NCBI GenBank assembly: GCA_051362555.1 | Contig: CM120646.1 | Coordinates: 4,092,001-4,156,000 of the forward strand | DNA from: Lingula anatina | Lineage: Eukaryota > Animalia > Brachiopoda | DNA: 64,000 nucleotides | Direction of reading: 5' to 3' | Shown here: positions 1 to 12,211 of the stretch, piece after piece | Numbering within the stretch: the stretch's first letter is position 1 | How the letters are laid out: every line of letters starts with the position of its first letter | Notes under the pieces: model-generated | Told to the model about the DNA's origin: nothing | The model's database searches: none | Seen by the model: the letters and a program-made list of their open reading frames with translations, nothing else | Made by a program: the position numbers and the translations under genes

Positions 1-2547
1 GAACACATCTGAATTGACAACAAGACAGAAAAAGATTATCATTTTTATTATTTTTTTTTCATTTCTCCATTAAAACTGCAGTTTGATGACTCAAACATAT
101 ACACATGTAATCATTTCTCATTAAGATGTATTTAAATGACTCCAACAGTATTCACCTTAATACAAGATCACAATGATATATATAAGGCAGTCTATTTTAT
201 TAAGAAGAATAAATAAACAAGAGTGAAATCAAGCAACGCAGGTCACTAATGAGCCAGTGCATATAATTCCTATCTTCTTTGACTGAAGATAATGACATAG
301 TATATGTAAGATTCTTAAAAAACGCCTCATCTTGAAACCTGCCATTTACCTCAGCTAGTTCCATTAGGGCTTCATTTGGCTTGCTGTCTGTATTGTCTTG
401 TTTGGTACTCCCACCTGGTGGGGATTTCCCCTGCTGTGTTGCTGCTAAGAGCAAATTCAACCCTCCCATGTTGACAGGGTCTGAAAACAATGAGACACAT
501 TAATCTATTATATTTTAACATAAATTTTATATTTTAAATTTAAAAATAACCCCCCAAAAAATAATTATAATAATCCTTCTATTAAAATCAACAAGAAAAA
601 TTCTGTTCTTGGTTTTTACACTGTTTTTCAGGTAAACGGGAACTGTGCTGGAGAATGATTTAGCAAATCACAAATGCAAATTCTGATAATCTTGCCAACC
701 AAAGAATTTCATCAGCTGTGCATACAACGAAAGTTACAATAGGTCTTCAACACTTCTAGGCTCATTCCCTGATAAAGGTCTCTTGTGAAACTATCGAGTA
801 TTGGAGTGGTAATAAATCTGAATTAAGCCATTGTTTGGAGCATCTATTAATTCAACTTTGAAAATCTTATCAGTCCAAATTGAAAGCATGAATATCAGTT
901 ACAGTGAGAGACCTGGTTGCTGTCTGATTAAATTAATTTTTTACGTGACAGGAGATATAGTTCAAAATAAAGATAATCTGAAACAGTACTTCCCAGTTTC
1001 CATGGTTACAATTACTATTTCAGCTTCAGATGACTTGGACCATGTTAACTAACACATTTTCATATTTCTTTCAGCTATAACAATAAAACGTAACGTAAGT
1101 AATAACCGTTAACGTAAATAATAAGTCCATGATTTACCTGCTAGTTTAAATTTTCCTGTTGTAATACTATTGGGGTGGTTGTCGTTGACGTCCTCATACA
1201 TCTCACCTTCCTGACCCTGACCTTGCACCACATGACCTTGAACTTCCATACTGCCATCGCTTTCCTGCTCGGCAAACCCAGAACTGCTTCTTTTGGTTTG
1301 GACAACTACTCTGGCATTTGATGGCCGTGTTACAGGTTTAGATGTAGTTTCTGTGATCTTTCCAGGATTGTGCCATTTAAAATCTGGATTGGCTTTCATA
1401 AAGGCCTCCTTGTACTGGAAATATACGTTATAAATTGTCAGACACACATATTACTATTTTTCTTAAATAATTAAGCTGAAAAGTAAGCTGAACATAGAAA
1501 CTGAGAACATGACCCTAAACTATTAATTAATAGATGGGTGCTTAACTGGTTGATCCAGTTCAGAATGCTTTGCTTTACAAACGAAATGTAGGACAGCAAA
1601 ATATGAAGATATACAGAAATAACAAAAATTGAGAACTGTTGAAATTCTGACAACAGTAGAAATTAAGATAATATTAGTGAGAATATTTCTGATTCCATCT
1701 CTTGGGATGTTAATTGCATCAATTCCACACCTCAACATGGACCAAAGTCTGAGCTAACTCTATAAATTACCCTTGCATTGACACTATTACAGCTATTTTA
1801 AATTTGACCCTTTCTGCTACTTGTCTTGAGGACTGTTGTATGCATGAGGTCCACAGGACAAGTAGCAGAGTATACAATTTTTTATCAGCTACTGTCAACC
1901 ACGATTCCCTCTTAAAACCAAAATGACAGTGACTAAAGGGAGAGGTGAAGGAGGCATACTAAATGGCATGGACAAGATGGCACCTGCATACTAATCAGTA
2001 TTTTGCTTCTGGTTCATTTACAGAGAAGATGGCTTGAAGCAGCATCACAACCTATACAAGAGCATGTTACATGATCTTATAATTTAATTAAAAAATGCAA
2101 AGAATGTCCTACTTGGCCTCACTTTACTGTAAACATTTGAGTTTTAAAAATTCTTGGAAAATAGATAAAATCAATAGACAAAAATTACAGCAGTGCCTTT
2201 AGTATTTTATGTTAAAGCACTGGACCATTAGAGTTTGGTGGTGAAGTCAGTGCAATAACAACATTCTTAACTTAAATACAATAACATAATCACTCTAGAC
2301 TAAAATATCCAAGAAGTTCACAATTCTTCTCAAAGCACAGCTAACACAATTTAGCATCATCCACCCCATCTGTTAGTTCCTACCAAGGTCTTTGGTAAGA
2401 AATTCAGTAATCGTAACTGTATATGGTTTAAAGTTTAGAAAATAAGACGAGTTAAAAATATTTTAGACCATGATTTTTCATTTACAGCCTTCATTTTTCT
2501 ACAAACTGACCATGTTAAATCTATTTCGATTTGAAATTTTCAAGGAG

Positions 2548-2580
<33 letters not shown>

Positions 2581-5481
2581 AGAGAGAAAAGATATAATCT
2601 TTTAAGATTAATATGGCTGTTGGGTATGTAACATTCACTCTCGTGACTCTGTATACAAAAATGGCATTGTTGTTGCCAAATATTAGGTCACAGCATTGTT
2701 TGAATTAAAATAGCTAGCGGCTCTCTGAATCTGTATCTACAGAAAACATACAAGGCTTTTCAGTCCCTTACAGCTGGAATGACACAGTACAGGAGTGCCT
2801 CTGATTCCCTGTTTAAAACCTTTAGGAGTCAAGCTGATGACCATGTTATAAGTATATTTACTGTAACTTAGAGCGGCAGTAAATAAATCTTAAACTGTTT
2901 TTATTTTACTAGTAACTATTGATTTAGAGGATTTATGGCCTGCATGTTAAGGTTTATGATCAATCAATGATCCTTCCTCTCATTTTACACATACATACCC
3001 GCATAACACACATTTGGAGATAATGGGAACTAATGAACAATAACAACCCAATGCTCATCCCTCAGATGCAAGAAGTGATATATATATGTATTTTTTTCTA
3101 AAACCACCAAACAGTGAAAACAAGACACCTCACCCCCCCCCCCCCCCCCAAATCTGAAAAAAATAATGCATATTATTTGGCTAAAACAATCTGACAAAAA
3201 AAGTGAAAACCTTTGTAACCAAAATCCACTCTTGTACATTTCTTTCAATATCAGAACAAATCAAGGTGAAAAACAATAACAAATATACCCTACAGCACAT
3301 TTTCCTCAATTTCAGCACCAAAGGAGCGGCCTGGATTTGGTCAATACATTTTCCACTGTAGCCGGAGTACCCTGTGACTCATACAGGTCAGCGAGTTCAT
3401 TGGGTAAAAAACAAGCACACATTTGTTCCATATTGCAGCTGCTGGCTCAGTTCTTAGGACACTTATGTGTCTATCTCATGAAAACACAAAATGAAATATT
3501 CCCAAATATGTGTGTGAGATTTTTTTAACCTTTCCTACCTTTTTTTCTACTTATTTTTCAGCTTGTTTTGTTCCTACCTTTTTTCTACTTAATTCTCAGT
3601 TTGTTTTGATCATCTGAAAATGATACGTACTCAACTACCCTGTGATAAAAAACTAGGGTTTGTTTCACAAAATAACTGAAGTAGAAAATTCGTGTTGGCA
3701 AAGACTGTTAAAACTACTATGAAAAAGGTCATCATTGACTTAAAAGAATAAATTACAAGAGCCATACACCATCCACCATCTTTTGACATTGAGGTCATAA
3801 AATTGTTTTATCACCGTTTTAAGTCAACTTGGTTACATTTCACAAAGACTCTGTAAAGAACATTTCTAAATTGTTATAAACTTAGCCTAAAGCAAATTGT
3901 GATCATCTCAATTGGCAATCCCATTTAGATAAACCAAATATTTTTTTGTGTGCAAATCATTCATGAAATACTCTCATATAGTCAGATATCCAATATTTGT
4001 TGTCTAAACTTAGCCCAAAATCATACAACTTTTTATGAAATGACCCCGAACAAACACACCTTTTCTGGCTGTGTTATTTCTAAACACAAGATTCTTGTCC
4101 AATAATAAAGACCAAACTATTATTATAGTCCCCGTATTTGCCCTCATCAGCTACCTGCAGTATGAGATGGAGCACGTACTAGTAGGATGATCGACTAAGA
4201 TGACTTCATCCATTACACCATCAGCCATCTCAACATGAAGACTGACATAACCTAAATATCACCTGTTGTGGACTGGGTAACCTGATCTCTTCCTTCTGTT
4301 GCTGTTTATGTTTTTGCTGTGAGTGGCGTTAGGTCTTGTTCTAGCAAGTTAACAAGAAGTGTTATTCAGAAAATTCAACTTTTTTTTTTGTCACTCCATT
4401 TTGCAATTTTATATCTGCCAAAAAGAAGAATATCTAACAATATCACCGTGTTGCCATGATATTGCTTATTATTATAGTCACAGAACGTATACTTTAGCCC
4501 TTTACACACAAAAAAAAAAAAAAAAAAAAAAAAAAAACTGAAATGTACTTTAAAAGTTCACAACCATCAGCCCACAGATCAATCAATAAATAATAAGGCC
4601 CTCAAAACCAGTACCAGTACATCCTCCCCAGAGACTGTTTATTTGTCTCTTTGAATATTCTCTTTACTGTTTGATTTCTAATACAAAATTTAAAATGCTT
4701 GACTCCACCCCCGGGTAATGTAATTATTCAGTAAATTTGAATAAAATGAATTAGTACATTTCCAGAAAAATTATGTTTATAATAATTGATACTTCAGATG
4801 TTAATTCAAATGTTTAAGAAAGTTTGTTGGATTTATGTCCAAAATTTAATTTTCATAAGTTACTTAAATGTTAAATCTTGAATGAGTAAAAGACTGCAAA
4901 GAGAAAGGCACTTGAAAACTTTTACAAATGTGGTGTATCACATCATTTCCCTAACAGTTGTCCTTTGTTGATGAAAACATGACTGAGCGGTTGAAGAATG
5001 CCTTGTATTACAGTTATTTGTTTACAGCTAGTTTCTACATCTCTTGACCAAAACGGAGGAAACAGCAGTAGAGATTTACCCAGAAGCAGCACATCCAGAG
5101 TACTAGACATTAAACACTTCTTCTTTATCAGTTTATTAAACACGTTTTATTGTTAAATCTGTGCTTGGTTCACCCCAGCATAACAACTGCTTAAATCCAG
5201 AACATAATAGAATGGAGATTCAGTTACAAATTTTTTTTTTTTTTTTTGGAAATTCACACTATTACCTGTTTAGCAAGATCTGTGTATAATTTCTTTTCGT
5301 GGCTGTCTAACTTGGCCCAGAGATCGCCAAGTATCCTGGTGATGCTGCGATTGTCCAAGTTTGGATGCTTCTCCTTCACAACACTTCGGTGACGTTTACA
5401 AAATATCAGGAAAGCATTCATGGGTCTCTTGACTGGTGACTCCTCGGAGCCTGTGACATTCTCTTCAAGCACATCCATCAT
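1..5481 (-). CDS. BBX: HMG-box transcription factor BBX-like, 3'-partial (exons 5481-5266, 1414-1138, 480-350, 8-<1)
   Basis: HMG box VKRPMNAFLIFCKRHR...LYTDLAKQ|YKEAFMKANPDFKW, followed by the BBX-type segments KLADPVNMGGLNLLLAA and LMELAE|MC. All junctions are GT-AG with matching phases. Confidence 0.85.
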
Positions 5482-7251
5482 CAGCAATCAACCTTGAAAT
5501 AAATTTTAAAACAATTGAATTCATCAATTTCATTTTCATAACTGTAATTGTTCACATTATTATTAAAGCTGTTTTTTAATATTTGATTTCCTTGTGAACA
5601 ATACAAATTTAAAACTTATGGCACACCCCTTAGTAACGATGGCTATAATAACATCTGTAATTTTCCATCAGCATGATATGTCTGTTATAGGCACGCACAT
5701 CAGATTAATGACAAATACACAAACTGAATGATGCAAGAAATGCAGGAAGTGAAATAGTAGAGTTTCATTCAACGAACTCGTCAGTCAGCTTAACACAACT
5801 GGAACTCCCAAACTGTCAGGGTTATTTTTGGTTTTACAATGACAACAATTTCATTACTGATCATCTATCGTAAAGAGTGTACAAAAAGGTGTCACTTTAA
5901 GTTTATGTTGAAGCTCTGTAAATTTAACCATCCCCATTTAAATCTGTGTAGCTGCAGTATGTCACGTTTTGACATGGACAAATGTAGTGTCAATGACCTT
6001 TGCATAGATTTTAATTAATTTGTGGCAGTAGGTGTCACAATAACCTCTACTTAAAGAAGAAATATTGGAGTGTCACTTCTAATAATAAGACAAAGATTAT
6101 CTTTAGGTTTTTATTGTGATTTTGAAAGCAGTAGAGCACTGGTGAAATTCTATGCTAGATGTCTCTAGACATGTTCTGTTTGTGGTGTCACTAGTTGGCA
6201 AACCTGACTCAGGTGGAGAGAATTTTTATTAATATGAAACTGAAAGTAATGTTTAAAAAATTCCCAATCACACAAAAATTTTGGGTTGGATATCTCTTAA
6301 AAGGTGATAACTAAAAGTGAAATATTACATGTGCTGAACATCTTACCCCTCAAATTTCATACTTCTCATCTATTGTTTTCTTCTTCTTTTTTTCTTCAAC
6401 TAGCAGCGAAAATTACTGTAGTGAAGAATTCCATATTTAGCCAATTTTGTGGAATTTGACACCGTAATGGTCACATTGTGGCAAGTATAAAGTCCTCTGC
6501 CTGGTATAATATTAGATGAGTCAAAGCCAATTCATCTAATAAAATATGTTTCAAGGGATACATTGGTAGCACAGATATACAATCTGTTTGTATTTTCCAA
6601 CCCACATATTAGCCTGTCAGTTTTCAAAGTGAAGGTCACCACTGTTAAACCGCAGATCAGCTGACGGCCTTTTAAATTTACGGTAATTTCAGCGCCACAT
6701 ATTACGGACATTACCCCTGAGTATCGAGTGGCAAAATTAGCCGTGATGTAATCTTTCTACGTCCACCATGATGTGATGAAATAGTTCGTGTTAAAAAGTC
6801 CCCTCGATGTATAAAAAGTAGGTCATCGCTTGCACATATGCAAAGATCATCGACATTGGATTTGTGTACATGTCAACACACGCGGCACGTAGCTGAGCGG
6901 AGTTAAATGAGAACTGGTGGGATTTTAAGAGCCTCAGCGAAAAAACATCACCTTATTACAAAAAATTTACTTTTTACGATATAATATCTTTCAGTGATGA
7001 ATTTTTTGTCTCTGTAAAATGAAATAAACCCGATAGTTTGGGAGTTTCCCCTGTGCCCTAAATCGTTAAATCTGCTAAGCTGACCGACCGGCAAGTTCGA
7101 TGAATGAAACTCTCCTGGTTTCACTTCCTACGAATCTTACGTCACTCAGTATGTAAACTGTTAATCTACCTGATGTATATAACTTTAAGAGACTGGCGTG
7201 ATGGCGATGGAAAATTACTTTCAGTCAGAATTTGATGTGAAAACAACCTAC

Positions 7252-7385
7252 CCATTTCCAGCTGACAGGCTCTACTTGTTTGTTTCACAAAGTGGGTCAT
7301 CCAGGGATGTAGGTCATTCCGATCGCGTCTTTTCACGCGAGATCTAAGATGTCAGTGTGACACAATGCGACAGTTGAGACGAGAC
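7252..7385 (-). promoter_or_regulatory. Probable BBX first non-coding exon and promoter
   Basis: Donor-like ATGG|GTAGGT at 7252/7251 and a local CpG cluster with CGCGAGATC near 7337. It lies just downstream of the USP2 3' end. No transcript evidence. Confidence 0.45.
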
Positions 7386-9518
7386 CTAAGTTTGTTTTCA
7401 CTGCTTCTCTACTGCATTTTCAGAGCATACTCAACATTGTTATTTACTGTCACCCACATTTCACTGAAGTTTTTTAGGGAAATCTATAACAAATTAGTGA
7501 CAGCAATATTCAGTTCGTTATTACTTAAAAAGTAATATTTTTATGACAACCACTAAAAAAAGTTTTAAATGTTTTGTTGTCTTGCTTGTGCCATTTGTCA
7601 AAGATAAGTGTAGAGAAACAGTCCATTTAAACACTTTGAGGAATTTGAAAGGGGTTGGTTTTATAGAGAGGACCATTTCTATGTTTTTGTTATTATTTAG
7701 TTTACTTTCTTTAAAAACTAAAATTAAAGTGTTGGGTCTAGATCTATGAGCTTCTGAACTCCTTTCAAGACTCAAAAATTCAAATACCAAAATACTATGA
7801 CATGACCTATTAGAAAAAGTAAAAATAAGATATAATGGGTTTGGTACGATAAAAAAAAATAAAAATAAATAAATAAATAAAAAATAAAAAAAAAACATGA
7901 AAAGGTTTGGTACAATGCATATCTAGGTGAAAACAGTGACAATGATAATCAAACATTTTCAATGGCTGCCCTATTCAAATCTAAATGATCCCATCAGCGT
8001 CTAGAAAAATAAAGACCCAAGAAATGCATTTTTCTGGAATATACAGTTTCATAAATATTTATTGGCAACAATCCATTTACAAAAATACAGAAGAGTCATA
8101 CAATCTGACTGGCAGCTATATACTGTTCTGAAAAAAATTATTTAGCTTATTATTTTAAATAGTGGTACATTATGATATGTACAGCTTCCTTTTCTTTAAG
8201 AAATCATGTACAGCATTTTAACACCATGCATATCCAGCTGAAGAATCACAATAATATAAGACCAAATTCTTGGTCACATGTACTGTATAAACCATCCCAG
8301 GTCTTCTTATAAATCCATCACAAGGGCTTGAATATAACTTTTCTTTCTTTTTTATTTCACTTTATTTCTCCTTCTGAACAATATCAGTCCGAGTTTTCAA
8401 TCATGTTTCTTGTGAAAACTGTTGCTTGCATACCTTAGCTTACATCAAACTTTGCATGATAATGATTCATAGAGTCCTACAAGTTAAAATTCCATCAACC
8501 TTGTAGGCAATAACTTAATAAATATATTTGTAAGTAGCCACAATAAATACGTATAACATTACATAATAATAGGTGTATCACAAACAATCTTTATAACAAG
8601 CCTGTGTACACAGGACATGCAAAACACAACTAAAATGCAGCTTATCACATTTTATGACAGGGCCCTTTAAAACGTATTGCTTTTACTTAATGGTAAATTA
8701 TCACTCAAAGTTTGAATCCAATTATATTCTAAGAAGTTATCCTAAAAACAATTTCATTTCAGTTTCACAAGTTTTTTTCAATAAAGATTATGCATAACAT
8801 GTCATATGCAATATTAAGTAACTTGTCAAACATTCTTTACTGCTGAAAAATATCAATGATAAAAGAAATATTCTAAATTATTCCACTTACACTATGGATT
8901 GACAATGTAAGTTGATCTCTCACTAAAAGCATATTTGGCACAAAAATGTTAATAAATCACCAAGATGATAATGTCTAAGGAAACTGGTCCTTGAGCAGAC
9001 ATCTAACAAGATAAAACTGCACTAAAATGATTCGTCTTAATTTCAAGGAGCAGAGTATTTATCTTCCTTTCACTTTCCAGCAAAATAAATGAAGAAAAAG
9101 AAGATATGCATAAATGCTACAATAAATAAAGACATTTTCCAGTCACCAGCGCTGTTCTCCGTCATCCTACTAGTCCCCAGTCTTCCCCAAATGTTTTTAA
9201 GTATCTTTTAAAAGTGGCCAACAACAAACTCAAGTTTTTATTTCTGATTCTTTTTAAACCTTTGTTCCATTTATAACACACTTGGACTGAACATTCAAGA
9301 CATAATTGGTCTGAGAATTCACGACATATTTGCTGTATATAAACATGCCCTCATCCGAACACTTAAACCTGGGAATCTTCTTCAGCCACTTTCACCAGCT
9401 TTAAGTCTGTGACCAGTAGACAAATCATGCCGCAGGTCTTAACTGTAGCCATGTGTTACATGTATAAAGTCTATGTATCAAGAAAATAAGATTTGTCTAC
9501 AGTTCATCTATGACTTGT

Positions 9519-10030
9519 CTACAGCTTGGCGTTGTGGTGAGCTAGCTCGTAGAATAGGACATAGGCTTCTGAGGAGGTCACACGGTTTGATGATATAGGA
9601 GAAACTCTACAAAAATCAAATACATATAATCATTAGTTGGAATTTACATGTAATAAATAACGTTATCCTCTTTAATAAAAAACTTAAATAAGTGAAAACC
9701 CAAACTTTGGTAGGAAGAGACTGAAATTGTGTTGTACTGCATATGTAACTCATAAAGATTTCATAGCATGTTAAAAAGATTCCATTTTAAAATTTGTCTC
9801 TTTCGAGAAAATTTCCTTTTTCACCACCAGCAAAGCTGTCAACTTTATATTAAATTTAAGGGCAAGTGAAGACAATAAAAACCACATCAGTCTGCCTCAC
9901 CTGCTGTCATTGTAGTGGTACCAGTCTTTGTTATACGGATGTTTACAGTAGGCCGTATAGTGACCAGAAAACACTGTCCCTGAGTGGTTGGACACCCCAT
10001 AGAGATTATACACTGGACGATGACCTGGAG

Positions 10031-10084
<54 letters not shown>

Positions 10085-12180
10085 GGAAGTGAATAGGTGG
10101 TATAGTGACCAGAAAACACTGTCCCTGAGTGGTTGGACACCCCATAGAGATTATACACTGGATGATGACCTGGAGATATAATAATAATAATAATGAAGAA
10201 GTAAGTAGGTGGTATACTGTCCCTGAGTGGTTGGACACACCATAGAGATTATATACTGGATGAGGACCTGAAGATGTGGCTATTATAATGAGTTTAAAGA
10301 CCAACTTTTTTAATTCTGTCTATATCTCTTAGATTTTATTTTAATATATATATGTTTTTTTTTAAATAAGATTGATTTTTAGTAGTGTAAATTTTAAATG
10401 GTTTCCAATGAGAGTTTATGATTAAAATATTGTAGTCATTTTAATGATTTTAGTATATTAGCCATTATTGTAAGGCGCCTTGAGATAGAATGTAAGGCGC
10501 CATATAAGAATCTTATTATTATTATTATTATTATTAGTTTACTTGACAACTGTAGAGTTATAATAAGCAAGAATGTAGATATTATGACTATTAAAACCTA
10601 CTTAAATCAGACTTAGAATGATGGCTATGATTGCAATATGAAAATAATATTTTTTGAAAAATAAGGAAAAGATAAATGTCTTAAACTTATGAAGATCCAT
10701 TACATACACTATTATAAACATAGCGTGCATAATGTTTCCCTGTAACTTTTCACTGCCACATAGTTGAAGGAAGAAAAAAAAGCTTTGAAATTCCAACAAA
10801 AATCTGTGCAAATAAATAGCCATGACTGACCTGCTTATTAAAACTTAAAGCAAATATAGACTGTTGACATACAACATGTAACATTTCTAATATTAAATTA
10901 TGATAATTACTTTCCCTAAAAATCATTCGATCTAAAATTCTAATCCAAGTAGCTAAGACAAATCACTACCTTTTGTTTCTCCAGCAAATTCCGAGAGGTC
11001 TAGATTCATGGGGAAATCTACGTATGTGGCCAACTTGGAGCGAAATCTTTCTCCAGAAAAACGCTTCAAATCTGTGGAATTAGGTTAAGGTCCTTACACT
11101 TGATGCTGACTATAAATTTTAATGCTAAATATTAATATGATTGAAAGAGAACAGTGAAGTCAATATATTACACCCAAATATTTTGTAGTACATTTTCTGA
11201 GAGACCAAATTTCTGATACCAAAAATAAGGTGCTGAAATTGAGCTAGAGCAGACAGATTCAAAGTCCCCATAATTTTCAAAATCTGATAAATAAATAAAA
11301 ATAAATAAATAAAAATAAGTATAATTATTGATAAATATTATGGAACCATCTTTTCAAAAACTGATTTTTGACAAAGTGAACAGAATTAAAAGGATACGCA
11401 GCACTAGTATTTGTGGAAACTTCTGTATGGAAAATGTCTTCGTGCATTTTCTCCTTGTTTTGCACCTTTCACAAGTCTGGAAAGACAAACTCAAATTCTC
11501 AATACTGCCACAAACCTTGGACATTATTTTTTGACTTTCAAAATGCCTATACCTTCCATGGGAAGATAAAATAAAAAGTTCTACACATGATGAATTGCTC
11601 ATCAGAAAATATTTTAAATAAAGATTATTTAGCTTGAACTTTGTAAAATGGCATTTTACTAAAATATGACTTTTTCCAAACAAAATGAAATATATGCAGC
11701 CATAAACAGCAAGGTCATCTTCAAAGGTAGAATCGCTAAAAAGAGTTTATTTTTCTTGATTACTTACTGGTCTCTCATCATCATCTAAGATTTCTTCTCT
11801 CATAAACTCCTGTATACAATGCATTATTGTAATATTCGAGCTCTAAAAAACAAAACAAACAAAGAAAAAATACAATGCCGTTATTGAAAATATCATATTG
11901 AAAGAAAAATGATCATGTGACAATCTATTATCCCAATGAAACATAAAGGAAATTAATATCCAGTTTTAAGATCAGGGATGAGACTGCCGTTTAGGGAAAA
12001 ACTTGGGCATAGGGTGTGTGGGTGGGTGGGTGATGATATTTTTGGCTCCCAAAAAGTCAGAAAATACTCTTACCTTAGGTATGGGGACTGACAGGTCCCA
12101 GAAAGGGTCGAAGGTCACAGAACTATGATCACATGCTGTGCAAGTCAAGGTGCTGCGTAACTGACCAACAAAAAGATCTG

Positions 12181-12211
<31 letters not shown>

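Noticed and set aside
6297-6957. Possible TTAA-flanked Kolobok-like element in the BBX intron
   Set aside because: Only a 7-bp AGGTGAT/ATCACCT match with an imperfect right flank, too weak to call.
7521-7898. 125-aa ORF between BBX and USP2
   Set aside because: Low-complexity F/L/I/K composition from AT-rich intergenic DNA, with no motifs or splice support.
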